Positions 10,136 through 20,059 of a stretch of 64,000 nt of DNA are shown piece by piece (position 1 is the stretch's first letter; each line of letters begins with the position of its first letter). The position numbers were made by a program, and so were the translations under genes. The DNA lies in the NCBI GenBank assembly GCA_022703585.1, contig JAKLDJ010000002.1, positions 283,413-347,412 on the forward strand, in the 5' to 3' direction. The notes beneath the pieces are model-generated. The model was not told the origin of the DNA, made no database searches, and saw only the letters and a list, made by a program, of their open reading frames with translations. This DNA comes from Candidatus Omnitrophota bacterium. Its GTDB lineage: Bacteria > Omnitrophota > Gorgyraeia > Zapsychrales > JAKLDJ01.

Positions 10136-11050
10136 CTACTGCCAGGAATCTTCGGCGTCTGCCTTCGCATAATACCGCAACGTATAATATTGAAGAACAT
10201 CGTCGTCGGTAAACCAGGCATGATCCGGGCCCGGCTTTAAATACTTGAGCGTCTTGGCAACCAAACCTTCGTTATTGTAGGCGTACACCTTGGTTGAAGA
10301 AACAACATCATCCAGGGTAAACCATTGGCCGTCAGGGCCCCGCCCCTGGTGCTGTGCGTGACATTCGGTAACGTGAATCAATTTTCCCTGGTTGTCATAT
10401 TCGCGCTTGTGATATTTCTCGATTTCATCATCGGCGGTAAACCATTGGTTATCCGTACCCTTAGCTGTATATTCAACATCTTGCATGATTCTTCCCTGCG
10501 GATCGTATTGATAAGTAATATAGCGTATAATCTCTCCCTTGGAATCATATCGTATTGTCTTGGTTTTATTTCCCAAGGCATCATGTTCATAGACCGCATG
10601 ATATTCTTCAAGATCTTTGCCTGACTCTGTCTTTTTATAGCCGGCCTCTTTAACCGGCCCTCCCTCAGCATCATATTTATAGACGATGTAATTCTGCAAT
10701 TTGTCGCCAGCGTTGGACGCAAAGTAATCAAGCTGTGTGGTTAAACATTCTCTTTTGGTCATCTTCCCGCGGTCATCGTAGGTAGCAAGATAATAGTGGT
10801 AGATCTCATCATCATCCGTAAACCACTTGCCGTCCTTGCCGGCGACATATTTAATCTCTTGAGTCGCATGCAGATGCCGGTCGCGAGGGATAGTTGTCTC
10901 CTCGGCCTCCGCAACCCCTGTCTTCTGCACAGAAATCCCATCGCTACCCAGCTCCGAAGGCTGAGCGAATAAATCATGCGATTTAACTATCAGGAAGAAA
11001 CCCGCCCCTAAAATAATAAAAGCAATAACAACAATTCTTTTATGCATCAA
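10136..11050 (-). CDS. secreted WFTxDD-repeat protein (tandem paralog of 9151-10038)
   Basis: Signal peptide ...IVKSHDLFAQ. Repeats GKDGKWFTDDDEIYHYY / AKGTDNQWFTADDEIEKYHKREYDNQGK / GRGPDGQWFTLDDVVSST / KPGPDHAWFTDDDVLQYY. Both paralogs end ...YY.K...ED. Confidence 0.6.
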   Translation of the reverse strand: MMHKRIVVIAFIILGAGFFLIVKSHDLFAQPSELGSDGISVQKTGVAEAEETTIPRDRHLHATQEIKYVAGKDGKWFTDDDEIYHYYLATYDDRGKMTKRECLTTQLDYFASNAGDKLQNYIVYKYDAEGGPVKEAGYKKTESGKDLEEYHAVYEHDALGNKTKTIRYDSKGEIIRYITYQYDPQGRIMQDVEYTAKGTDNQWFTADDEIEKYHKREYDNQGKLIHVTECHAQHQGRGPDGQWFTLDDVVSSTKVYAYNNEGLVAKTLKYLKPGPDHAWFTDDDVLQYYTLRYYAKADAEDSWQ

Positions 11051-11084
11051 TCTCCCCTAAAATGAAAACTGCTTTTGCGCAAAC

Positions 11085-12200
11085 TTATCTCTGTCCGGGA
11101 ATAAAAATAGCCCCGGTCTTTTCGGTCGCCACTGTTTTGACTACCCGGAATCCCTCGACCTGCCGGCTGAACCCCGAAATATCATACGAACGATAACTAT
11201 TCTCAACGGCCTGTTCGTGCATAACAGAATCGATCATAAAAGGAACGCCGTATTCTTTGCGGTAATTAGGATCCAAGAGAAAACTTCCTCCCCGCACCAC
11301 GCGCGCCGAACGGAACTCTTTAAAAAACGGAAGATAATAATACAAGCTCGGGCCCGGGCCTACCGGATCAATTTTCTCGTCGGGAGAAAAATAGGAATCG
11401 TTGTACCAGTCATTGCAAAATTCCGCAACGTTACCGGCCATATCGCAAACACCGAGCTTACTGTCCCCTTTGGGCGACAACGAACAGACGGCAGCGGTCG
11501 CCACTTCAACGGGGTCTTTGATTTCTCTTTTGATGTTGGCATACGATTGATCGGGCTGGGCATCTCCCCACGGATATTTTCGCCCGTCATCAAATTGGGC
11601 AACATATTCCCATTCGGCTTCGGTGGGAAGCCGATAACCGGTCTTTCCGTACACCTGACAGGACCAGTCATCTAGATTATACAAAGGCGTTAAACCCTCA
11701 ATTTCGCTCAGCATATTGGCGTAAAACGCCGCGCCGTTCCAGGTCACCTCGACTACGGGGAAATTTTCCTTGCCCGGCAACGGCTTAAATTGCCCGTCGA
11801 CAAACGTAATTTGGGAATGCTCGTCAGTAAAATCCTGGTATTTTTGGGGCGATTTCGAAACACCTCGCGCTTCGCCTCTCTTATTTCCCTTGGCTACCAT
11901 GGCCTCCTTGTCAAGATAGCCCTTGCTCAGCGCATAATTAAGCACATCCGCATACTGCTGGTTCGTTACCTCGGTCTTCCCGATTGAAAAATCATTAGTT
12001 AGAATTACCTTGTGAACCGGGCTAGCATTAGGAAATGCGTCACTACCTACCTGGAAAGTAATTCCTTTGCCTGCCACCGAAACCGGGATCATCTCCGGCT
12101 TCTGCATTTCAGCTGATTGGCCATGAGAGATTACCGGCAGCAAAAAAAGGCAAACCCCGGCAAACAAAGAAAGAGAGACAAGAATAAATGTCTTTTTCAT
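11085..12200 (-). CDS. FGE-sulfatase (SUMF1/EgtB/PvdO-type) domain protein, secreted
   Basis: Signal peptide. Motifs LPTEAEWEYVA, GNVAEFCNDWY, ARVVRGGSF and GFRVVK are characteristic of the formylglycine-generating-enzyme fold. Confidence 0.75.
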   Translation of the reverse strand: MKKTFILVSLSLFAGVCLFLLPVISHGQSAEMQKPEMIPVSVAGKGITFQVGSDAFPNASPVHKVILTNDFSIGKTEVTNQQYADVLNYALSKGYLDKEAMVAKGNKRGEARGVSKSPQKYQDFTDEHSQITFVDGQFKPLPGKENFPVVEVTWNGAAFYANMLSEIEGLTPLYNLDDWSCQVYGKTGYRLPTEAEWEYVAQFDDGRKYPWGDAQPDQSYANIKREIKDPVEVATAAVCSLSPKGDSKLGVCDMAGNVAEFCNDWYNDSYFSPDEKIDPVGPGPSLYYYLPFFKEFRSARVVRGGSFLLDPNYRKEYGVPFMIDSVMHEQAVENSYRSYDISGFSRQVEGFRVVKTVATEKTGAIFIPGQR

Positions 12201-12245
12201 AAAAACGCTCCTTTGAAAATACTGTTTCTGCTAAAGTAAATTTCT

Positions 12246-13865
12246 TTAGAAACCCAGCCTGCAACCGCTATTTTTTCCGTCTTCGCTCTTGGGGAAATTA
12301 GCCGCAAAACGTAGTGAAATGCGCAAATACTTTGGTGCCGGGCTTGACCACACGCCGCCTCGGTTTCCCGCGCCGGCGCCGTCCTTGCCGGGCCAGTTAG
12401 ACACATTAGAGAAACCGTCCGCATCGAGCTCACCGTCACCGTGCTGCCCGTCATAAATACGGCCCAGCTGATGGCCGATGGTAACGCATCGTTCCCATAC
12501 GTTTCCGGAAAGATTGCGCACGCCGTAATAGGAAGCACCGTCATTGATCATTTGGGTAACACCCTCATGCCGGCTGTTTTCAAAAAGCTCACCCGAAACC
12601 GGGCCTTCAAATCCGGGATTATCCGGAACGGTCTTTTTACCGACATCAAAAGGAGCAATGCCACCGCCAAAACAGGCATTGACCACGCCAGTCTGCGGGA
12701 CCTTCTTTTCGTATCCCGAACCGTCTGCACCGTCAAACGTTTCGGCGCGGCCTACATCCTGGGTCATCGGACTGCCCCATGCCAATTCGTCAATAACCGC
12801 TTCTTTGGGGCCGCGAGCTGCTTTTTCATATTCCAGTTCGGTGATTGGGCGTAATCCGGACCAATCGCCGATAGCTGCGATATTCGACCAAGACATGAAA
12901 TTAACCGCACGTGCCGGGGCATAAGTATAAAACCTCACCGGCTCAGTAGTGCCATTGCCTTTCTTTGCAACAACAACGGCGTTACGCAGATGCTCTTCTG
13001 CGCTGTTCGTCTTGACATAGTAATTTTTAATCTCATCCCCGCTGATATCCGCTTCTACCATGCTCTGTTGTTGTTTTCGATTCAGCGTATTTAAGAAATC
13101 AACAAACTGCTGTGAAGTCAACTCGTATTTCATGACCCAAAACGCTTTGTATCCCTTGGGGAATTCTTTGGGGATAGTAAAAGGCACATCCTCACGGCTG
13201 CGGGGATTATCCTGGTCGCAATATAACACCCCGTCCACTTTATCGACGAGAATAGGGTCCTCCGAGGCAATTAAATAAGAGCCGTTGTTGGGATATACGT
13301 AGAAGGTATTATCCGGGCCGTCCGGGCCCTTGGGGTCTCCAACGTAATGTTTATCCTGCGGTATATAAACCATCTCAAAACCAAATACCTTGACCTTGGT
13401 TTTCAATATCTGCTCGTCGCTGACACCGTCTTTGGTATAATCCCAGACCAGCTGGACATTTTTTGAAACAACATTGCCGCTGCCCTTGGTTTTAAAAAGA
13501 AAGGCCCCTTTTTGTTCCGGAGAAATCCACATCCCCAAGTCCGCAAGGTCGCCTTTGGAAAACATTGCAGGAGTATGATCTGCATTGTCAAAATTAACCC
13601 CGCTTGAGCTTTTCATATTGACGTGTTTCCAGGCGCCTTCCGGGGTCTGGAATTTCACAAACACCCAGACCGCATCACAGTTTGTCTCGTTTTTCCAAGC
13701 ATTATCCCAGGAAATGTTAAATTGGATCTTGGCAATCTTCCGTTCGGTGTTGACTTCGCTTAAGGTCACATTATCTACTTTAAGATGGCTGGCAAAGGCC
13801 ATGCCCGGAACCAACAAAAAAGTAATCCCGAGAACAGTTACGAAACTGCACAATTTCCTTTTCAT
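12246..13865 (-). CDS. FGE-sulfatase-domain protein with about 220-aa N-terminal beta-rich extension, secreted
   Basis: Signal peptide MKRKLCSFVTVLGITFLLVPGMAFA. The C-terminal half has FWVMKYELTSQQF, RPITELEYEKAARG, NLSGNVWERC and GNRGGVWSS...CRLGF, a divergent FGE domain. Confidence 0.65.
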   Translation of the reverse strand: MKRKLCSFVTVLGITFLLVPGMAFASHLKVDNVTLSEVNTERKIAKIQFNISWDNAWKNETNCDAVWVFVKFQTPEGAWKHVNMKSSSGVNFDNADHTPAMFSKGDLADLGMWISPEQKGAFLFKTKGSGNVVSKNVQLVWDYTKDGVSDEQILKTKVKVFGFEMVYIPQDKHYVGDPKGPDGPDNTFYVYPNNGSYLIASEDPILVDKVDGVLYCDQDNPRSREDVPFTIPKEFPKGYKAFWVMKYELTSQQFVDFLNTLNRKQQQSMVEADISGDEIKNYYVKTNSAEEHLRNAVVVAKKGNGTTEPVRFYTYAPARAVNFMSWSNIAAIGDWSGLRPITELEYEKAARGPKEAVIDELAWGSPMTQDVGRAETFDGADGSGYEKKVPQTGVVNACFGGGIAPFDVGKKTVPDNPGFEGPVSGELFENSRHEGVTQMINDGASYYGVRNLSGNVWERCVTIGHQLGRIYDGQHGDGELDADGFSNVSNWPGKDGAGAGNRGGVWSSPAPKYLRISLRFAANFPKSEDGKNSGCRLGF

Positions 13866-13904
13866 ATTCCCTCTCCTTTTCTCTTTACTGAATTATTAAA
13901 AGAT

Positions 13905-15326
13905 TTAATGCATCGGTTTAGCGGCGGCGTATTGTTTAAAACCGCCCTGCCGCACCGTTTTGACGGCGCTAAAGAGTCCGACGACGGTCGCCGCCGCCAA
14001 ACTCATTGAAAGAAAATTAAACTGGCTTCTAAAGGCATCCTGTCCCGGAAATGAAGAAGCCATTTTTAAGATAACCGGCGAAAGAAATTGGCCCAAATAA
14101 ATCCCGACGCTCACGACCGCCATGGCAAATGCCCGGGAGGCCTCCGGCGTTATCTTGGCCGCCCGTAAAAGTAAAAGCGGCATCAATATCCCCGAACTAA
14201 ATCCTATACAGAGCATTGAAATAAGAACAAGGGTTAAAGATGACGCACACCCGAGAAGGCTATAGCCGATCGACATCGCTGCAATGCCGATCACCGAACA
14301 ATAAGGCCCGAACAAACGCAACAACATCGCCAGAATAATACCGGACACAACGCCGACTAATGTCATCGCGGAAAGAAAATATCCCGCGATGCCGGGCCTT
14401 CCCATGCGCTCCGAGGAAACAACCAAACCGTCTTTTTGTTTTGTCACAATATATTTTTTATTTTTATCTACAATGCTCCATCTCTTTCCCGGCTCCTCCA
14501 CGGCGAACGCGGCTTTTTCTGAAATAGCGATCCCGTTATTCTTAAAAGACTCAACCGTCGTCTGGGAAATTGTTCCCTGAGCCAAATTGGCCTCGAGTTC
14601 CGCCTTATCCTTAAATAAAGGAGTCGTGCTGGTATACATGGCCCGTTCGTTCTCAATGAACATCGCCAAGTTGGTCGGCGCCGCGTAAAAAGCGACCATC
14701 ATCAGCGCCCCTAAAACCGCGCATACAAAAACCCCTCCGGGGAGTTTTGATTTAACCAGGCCCGACGGCTTTTTGGATTCCGGTTCCGGCAGCCAGAAAA
14801 ATACAGTCAGCATAATCAGCAAAGACAATCCGTAGACACCAAATGCATAACGCCAGTTCATGCACGCCAGCCATCCCGAAAGCAAAAGAAATACAACCCC
14901 TCCGAAGTGGGACACCGAACCGGAGAGCCCCATCATCTTGGCCCTCTCTTCCTTCTCGTAGAAATCCGCAATCAGGCTTATGGAAAGAGGAATGATTAAA
15001 CCTACCCCGATGCCAAAAAGGCCGCGGATAATCAAAAGCTGGGTTATGCTCTGTGCTAATCCCCCGCCGACTCCGCCTAAGAAATAAATAACAAGCCCAA
15101 TGAGGAGAATGTATTTCTTTTTCATCCGCGAAGCCAGCCATCCCCCGAGCAAACTAAACGGAATAATCAGCAAAGAGGGTAAAGTCAAAACCAGCTTTAT
15201 TAAGGTAGGATCCGTACCGGGAAAGGCCTGGGAGATTTTTGCCAGGGCAGGAGAAATCGCTGCCGAGGCCATCACCGTCAAAAGCGATATCGAAAGAATG
15301 CTTATGCGCACTAACATATTGTTCAT
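13905..15326 (-). CDS. MFS transporter with about 100-aa cytoplasmic insertion between the two 6-TM halves
   Basis: 12 predicted TMs. MFS-like G-rich helices: LLIIRGLFGIGVGLIIP and GLVIYFLGGVGGG. The central soluble segment ...FIENERAMYTSTTPLFKDKAELEAN...KQKDGLVVSSERMGRP is an unusually long loop. Confidence 0.75.
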   Translation of the reverse strand: MNNMLVRISILSISLLTVMASAAISPALAKISQAFPGTDPTLIKLVLTLPSLLIIPFSLLGGWLASRMKKKYILLIGLVIYFLGGVGGGLAQSITQLLIIRGLFGIGVGLIIPLSISLIADFYEKEERAKMMGLSGSVSHFGGVVFLLLSGWLACMNWRYAFGVYGLSLLIMLTVFFWLPEPESKKPSGLVKSKLPGGVFVCAVLGALMMVAFYAAPTNLAMFIENERAMYTSTTPLFKDKAELEANLAQGTISQTTVESFKNNGIAISEKAAFAVEEPGKRWSIVDKNKKYIVTKQKDGLVVSSERMGRPGIAGYFLSAMTLVGVVSGIILAMLLRLFGPYCSVIGIAAMSIGYSLLGCASSLTLVLISMLCIGFSSGILMPLLLLRAAKITPEASRAFAMAVVSVGIYLGQFLSPVILKMASSFPGQDAFRSQFNFLSMSLAAATVVGLFSAVKTVRQGGFKQYAAAKPMH

Positions 15327-15925
15327 TTAGTTTCTGCCTTAAGAGCCTTGAGAAGCGTTTCGCCAAACTCTTTTGCCGAGCCCGGCCCATCGGCGGTAAT
15401 GATATTTCCGTCCTTTTCAACCGGCTTGGCCGTGTAATTAACGCCGCAGGTTTTAAGCTTGTCCCCTTCCGAGGGATAGACGGTCGCATTTTTATCTTTT
15501 AAAACACCGGCATTGGCTAATATACGCGGGGCCAGGCAAATACCGCCGAGGATTTTATTTTTGGCAATGGCTTCCTGGGCAATTTTATGCGCCAGAGGAT
15601 CGTCGATATACTGCGCCGCACCCGACCCGCCGATAAACACAACTGCATCAAAATCATCCACATTAACGTCTTGAACCAATATATCCGGCGTGGTCTTGGC
15701 CCCATTCATGCCGGTTGCTTCATTAAGCGTTGTCGAGGCAACCGTGACCAAAACTTCGTTGTTTTCAAGGATAGCTAAAGGCTGGGCAAATTCATCATCC
15801 TGAAAGTTCTCCTGTGGAATAATAAAAACAGCCTTTTTAATCATCGAATCCTGAGCAAAAACAGGAGGCAACAGGAAAGCACCTGCCACAACCAACGCTA
15901 AAGCTAAACCGAAAATCTTTTTCAT
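15323..15925 (-). CDS. DJ-1/PfpI-family protein with signal peptide (exported)
   Basis: Signal MKKIFGLALALVVAGAFLLPPVFAQ. DJ-1 fold motifs VVFIGGSG and the nucleophile elbow ILGGICLAPRILANAG with a Cys. Confidence 0.8.
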   Translation of the reverse strand: MKKIFGLALALVVAGAFLLPPVFAQDSMIKKAVFIIPQENFQDDEFAQPLAILENNEVLVTVASTTLNEATGMNGAKTTPDILVQDVNVDDFDAVVFIGGSGAAQYIDDPLAHKIAQEAIAKNKILGGICLAPRILANAGVLKDKNATVYPSEGDKLKTCGVNYTAKPVEKDGNIITADGPGSAKEFGETLLKALKAETK

Positions 15926-17934
15926 TGCCCATCTCCTCTCTTTATGTGACGTACCGGCCGGAAAGGATATTTCCCTTCTTTTTTACCGGCATAATATCCG
16001 TCGTAACCGAATTGAAAGTTCACACCCCACCCAAACGTATCTCCGTAGGTCGTCGAAGACCAGTAAAAACCAAGCGGCGCGGTTTTGGTCCCGGGGAAAA
16101 ATTTTTTATGGAACCAGCCGCCGTCCTTAAAAGAAAGGTCCATGAGCGAACCGATCTCCCGGATCGTCGGCAAGCGCCAATCGTTATGGCCGCCTAAATT
16201 TAATTCCTGGCAATGTTTCATCGCCTCTTCCCAGTTTAATTCCGGGCCCTCGTCTTTTTTCCACATGAGGTTCGTATTCAAATCACTGACCGTGCCGTCA
16301 TTGTTATCGGTAAAAGCATAGTGTTCCATATCGCCGAAATTCAAGCTTAAGCCCCCGCGCACCGCGCGCACGGGATAATAAAAACTTTTTAAGTAGCAGA
16401 TCGCGCAACCATAGGCAAAATAAACGCCCCAGGCAAAGATCGGCTCTTTATTATTCGAATCCTTAGACCAATAAAACGCCGGCAGGCAGTCCGGGAAAAA
16501 CTTTCTGTCGGTCGCCGGAGTCTGGCCGTTATAATCGACCATCATGCGCAACTCTTCGCGATTGGGCAACCGCCAATCACGAAAGCCGCCGTATCCTTTT
16601 TTATTTAACTCCTTGATAAAGCCTTGGGCATCGTCCCATGTATAGCTATCCCCTTTATAATTAACATCGTTTTGGCAAGGAGATTTAATTTCCCAAATGA
16701 GCCCGGTGTTGTTATCACGGACCATACGAAAACCTTTTTTCCAGTCAGCCTTTTCATCCAGCTCCCTGCCGCCTTCGGCTAACTTGGTAAACGAAAGCGG
16801 ATTGGTGACATAGGAACCGTCCTGGCCGTAATAACGGCCGCCTTTTTTCGGGGCCGCGATGATCCCGCCCTCGTCGGTATAACATCTTTTCTGTCCGGAA
16901 TCGGGTAATTTGAATTGAACCTTCGAGGCAACCTGCGACGGATAGACATTGCGCACCGCGCGGAACAATAGCTTGGCATTCTTACTGGCATAATAACCGT
17001 CGTAGCCGAAACAAAAATTCGTGACCCAGACATAAATTCCTTCATAGGGTGTTGAGGAAAAATAATGCAGCAACGGCGGTTTCAGTCCTTCCGCCGGAAA
17101 GAAATTCTTGTAATACCACCAGCCGCTTTCATAATTAAGATTCAAAATAGAATTCAGTTCTTTTAAATTCGGCAGGCGCCAGTCGGATTGCCCAGCCAAG
17201 CGCATATCTTTGCATACTTTAAGAGCCGAATACCAATCCATGCGCTCATTTTCGCCTTTTTGCCACATAAGACCGGTTAAGGTATCGGTAATCGTCCCGT
17301 CGGTATTATCCTTAAAACGCGACGCGTCAGACTTGCCGAAATTTTTATCGTACCCGCCCCGAACCGCACGCACATAACGCTCGCTTAACGGCGCATAGCA
17401 GATGCCGCTGCCTAGGCCAAAAAAGATACCCCAGACAAAAGGTTTTTGCATATTGTAGGGTACAATCGTCCAATAAAAATCACTTTGGCAATTGGGAAAA
17501 TATCGGGTATCGACCGCAGGCCCGGTTTTACCGTAATCGAGGATCGAACGCAGCTCATCTTTGTTCGGCAGGCGCCAATCGGAAAACCCGCCGTATTTCT
17601 TTTTATTAAGTTCCTTAATATATACGTCTTGGGCTTTTTTCCAGGTATACCGGTCTTCGCAGTAATTCACATCGCCTTTTTGGGGAGATTTGACCTCCCA
17701 GATGAGGCCGGTATTATTATCCAGAACAGCGCGATAACCGTCTTGCCAATCGGAAGAATCCGCAATGGGTTTACCGGTTTTTCCCAGCTTGGTAAAAGAC
17801 ATGGGGTTTACCACAAAACAGCCGTTCTGGCCCCAGAGTTCATCCTGCGGCGTAACCATGATCTCCTTGCCTTCCTTATCATAGCACCGGATATTTCCGG
17901 CATCGGGCAGGCGGAATATTTTTGATTCCTTCAT
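15922..17934 (-). CDS. DUF1566 (Lcl C-terminal domain) repeat protein
   Basis: Four copies of the DUF1566 signature ...DNNTGLIWE.KSP...Y.W..A......LN...YGGF.DWRLP...EL..... For example DWRLPNKDELRSIL, DWRLPNLKELNSIL, DWRLPNREELRMMV and DWRLPTIREIGSLM. Confidence 0.7.
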   Translation of the reverse strand: MKESKIFRLPDAGNIRCYDKEGKEIMVTPQDELWGQNGCFVVNPMSFTKLGKTGKPIADSSDWQDGYRAVLDNNTGLIWEVKSPQKGDVNYCEDRYTWKKAQDVYIKELNKKKYGGFSDWRLPNKDELRSILDYGKTGPAVDTRYFPNCQSDFYWTIVPYNMQKPFVWGIFFGLGSGICYAPLSERYVRAVRGGYDKNFGKSDASRFKDNTDGTITDTLTGLMWQKGENERMDWYSALKVCKDMRLAGQSDWRLPNLKELNSILNLNYESGWWYYKNFFPAEGLKPPLLHYFSSTPYEGIYVWVTNFCFGYDGYYASKNAKLLFRAVRNVYPSQVASKVQFKLPDSGQKRCYTDEGGIIAAPKKGGRYYGQDGSYVTNPLSFTKLAEGGRELDEKADWKKGFRMVRDNNTGLIWEIKSPCQNDVNYKGDSYTWDDAQGFIKELNKKGYGGFRDWRLPNREELRMMVDYNGQTPATDRKFFPDCLPAFYWSKDSNNKEPIFAWGVYFAYGCAICYLKSFYYPVRAVRGGLSLNFGDMEHYAFTDNNDGTVSDLNTNLMWKKDEGPELNWEEAMKHCQELNLGGHNDWRLPTIREIGSLMDLSFKDGGWFHKKFFPGTKTAPLGFYWSSTTYGDTFGWGVNFQFGYDGYYAGKKEGKYPFRPVRHIKRGDGQ

Positions 17935-18329
17935 AAAGCCTCCATGACCTCAATTAAGATCCCGTCGGGATCTTTGATAAAAAAATAGCAAGCTCCGCTG
18001 TCAAACATGCGCAAATCCGTCGCAAAGGAAATCTTTGCTTTCTTAAATTTCCGATAGGCGCCCGCGATATCCGAAACCTCGACGGAAAAATGTTTAACGC
18101 CTAGAGTCCGCAAATCATTGCCTAAGGTCTTGCGATAGCCGGGAAGCGGTTTATATTTTTTAAACTCAAAAAGCTCTAAAACGATATCGCCTTTCTTCAA
18201 AAGCGCGATGGTAAACCCTTTATCCGGATACGCGTATTTTTTGACGCAGCGCAGATTAAAATATTTGCGGTAAAACGCAACCGATTTATTTAAGCTCGAA
18301 ACACTCAGAGCAATATGGCCAAGTTTCAA
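17931..18329 (-). CDS. VOC-family (glyoxalase/bleomycin-resistance/dioxygenase fold) protein
   Basis: MKLGHIALSVSSLNKSVAFYRKYF...VLELFEF is a typical glyoxalase-I-like betaalphabetabetabeta start. 132 aa. Confidence 0.7.
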   Translation of the reverse strand: MKLGHIALSVSSLNKSVAFYRKYFNLRCVKKYAYPDKGFTIALLKKGDIVLELFEFKKYKPLPGYRKTLGNDLRTLGVKHFSVEVSDIAGAYRKFKKAKISFATDLRMFDSGACYFFIKDPDGILIEVMEAL

Positions 18330-18347
18330 AGCTGTCCCTTTAGATCT

Positions 18348-20000
18348 TTAAACTTTGCCCAACCCAAACGGCGGATAGACTTCTGATTCCACCACAACAT
18401 CAATGAGTGCCGCCTTGCCGCATTTCAAGGCCTGTTGGAATACGGCGTCGAAATCTTCAAGTTTCTCCACGTGCGCGCCAAAGGCCTTGCACGCCTCGGC
18501 ATATTTGACGAAGTCGGGATTGGTAAAATGCATAAACGCTTCTTCGCCGAAAAGATTAAGGAGAAACTTCTTTATAACATTAAACTCGCCGTTATTAAAA
18601 ATGACCCAGATGACCGGAATATCATATTGAATCGCCGTCATCAGCTCAAAGCCTGCCATTTGGTACGCCCCGTCGCCGCAACCGCAGACGACCGTCCTCT
18701 TGGGATCAGAGCATTTGACCCCGATGGTGCCGTTGACATGACTGGCCATGGGCCCGAAACTGCCCGGATTCTGATAAAGCTGATGTTTGTCTAAATGCAG
18801 GTAGCAATTCAGCCACAGCATATGCGAACCGGCATCGCCCATGATAATCGCATTTTCGGGAAGATTCTTGGAGATGGCCCTGACTAAGTCCGCAGGATGT
18901 ATTTTTGTCCCCGGAGCTTGAACCGGCAAGTCATACCATTTTTCTTTTACAATTTTCTTGGGGGCAACTTTTCCGACGGATTTGGAGATTTCATTTGTTA
19001 ATGCGATAATCGCCGGTTTGGCATCGCTCACAACAGGAAAATCGGCCTTGTACACTTTACCGATTTCGTGGCGGTCGATGTTAACGTGAATAAGCGTCTT
19101 TCCTTTAAAAAGATCCGCCTTAAAGCCGTATGTCGCATTCTGGGCAAAGGAATTGCCGATAGTCAACACGAGTTTGGATTCGTTTAAATATTTATTGGCA
19201 CCCGGATCCCCGGACGTCCCGTAAACCCCCAGGCATAAAGGATGATTTTCGGGAATAATCCCTTTCGCGTCCATAGTCGCCGTAAAGGGTATCTGGAATT
19301 TTTCCAAGAGCTCCTGGGCTTCTTTTTCGCCGTGACTGCGGATAATGCCGTAGCCTAAGATTGCCATGACCTGTTCATTATTATTAATGGCGTTGCTCAA
19401 AGCATCGGCCGCCGCTTTGATCTCGGCTTGATTGGGGAGCACCGGTTTAATATTCAATTTAACTTCACGGAAATTAGGAACCTGGGCAATGGTTATATCT
19501 TTGGGAACATGGATGTGCACCGGGCCCGGCCGGCCGTCGTAGGCCAAATTGATCGCCTCTTCTAAAATATCGCAGGTGGACGCCGGGTCTTCGATGATAA
19601 AAGATTTTTTGGTAGTCGCGTTAAACATCTTTGGGGAATCCGGGGTCCGGCTTAAACCCGTGGATTCATTGAGCGCGCCCTTGCCCCGGTCACGTGCCGA
19701 CGTATAACCGGAGATGGCCAAAACCGGCAGAGAATCGGAGAATGCAACCGCGAGACCGGAAAAAAGATTAAACTCACCCGGGCCGCCGGTAGCAAAACAC
19801 ACCCCCAGTTTATCGGAAAACATCGCATAGCCACACGCCATAAAAGAGGCTGCCTGCTCATTGCGGATAATAACGGTCTTGATCTGTTTTGACCGCTTAA
19901 GCGCAAGGAGCATCGAACCGTTGACCTGCCCCGAACCGCCAAAAACATGGTCAACGCCAACATGTTCAAGCGTTTTTACAATCGCCTCATTGACATCCAT
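18348..20000 (-). CDS. thiamine-diphosphate-dependent enzyme (acetolactate-synthase/benzoylformate-decarboxylase family)
   Basis: N-terminal Pyr domain GVDHVFGGSGQ...CFATGGPGEFNLFSGLAVAFSDSLPVLAISG. C-terminal ThDP-binding GDGA...N motif (CGCGDGAYQMAGFELMTAIQYDIPVIWVIFNNGEFN). Confidence 0.8.
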   Translation of the reverse strand: MDVNEAIVKTLEHVGVDHVFGGSGQVNGSMLLALKRSKQIKTVIIRNEQAASFMACGYAMFSDKLGVCFATGGPGEFNLFSGLAVAFSDSLPVLAISGYTSARDRGKGALNESTGLSRTPDSPKMFNATTKKSFIIEDPASTCDILEEAINLAYDGRPGPVHIHVPKDITIAQVPNFREVKLNIKPVLPNQAEIKAAADALSNAINNNEQVMAILGYGIIRSHGEKEAQELLEKFQIPFTATMDAKGIIPENHPLCLGVYGTSGDPGANKYLNESKLVLTIGNSFAQNATYGFKADLFKGKTLIHVNIDRHEIGKVYKADFPVVSDAKPAIIALTNEISKSVGKVAPKKIVKEKWYDLPVQAPGTKIHPADLVRAISKNLPENAIIMGDAGSHMLWLNCYLHLDKHQLYQNPGSFGPMASHVNGTIGVKCSDPKRTVVCGCGDGAYQMAGFELMTAIQYDIPVIWVIFNNGEFNVIKKFLLNLFGEEAFMHFTNPDFVKYAEACKAFGAHVEKLEDFDAVFQQALKCGKAALIDVVVESEVYPPFGLGKV

Positions 20001-20059
20001 GAGATTACCCCTTTTTTTGAATAATTATTTTTTGCCGGTGCGTCCCGGCATTAAGGAAT

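Noticed and set aside
12197-12544. Several 60-150-aa ORFs antisense or out-of-frame inside the large minus-strand genes (e.g. 2755-3048, 7478-7774, 11217-11675, 12441-12854, 25642-26289, 55217-55837, 58785-59282)
   Set aside because: All are nested within longer ORFs that carry clear family signatures. They are typical GC-driven shadow ORFs.
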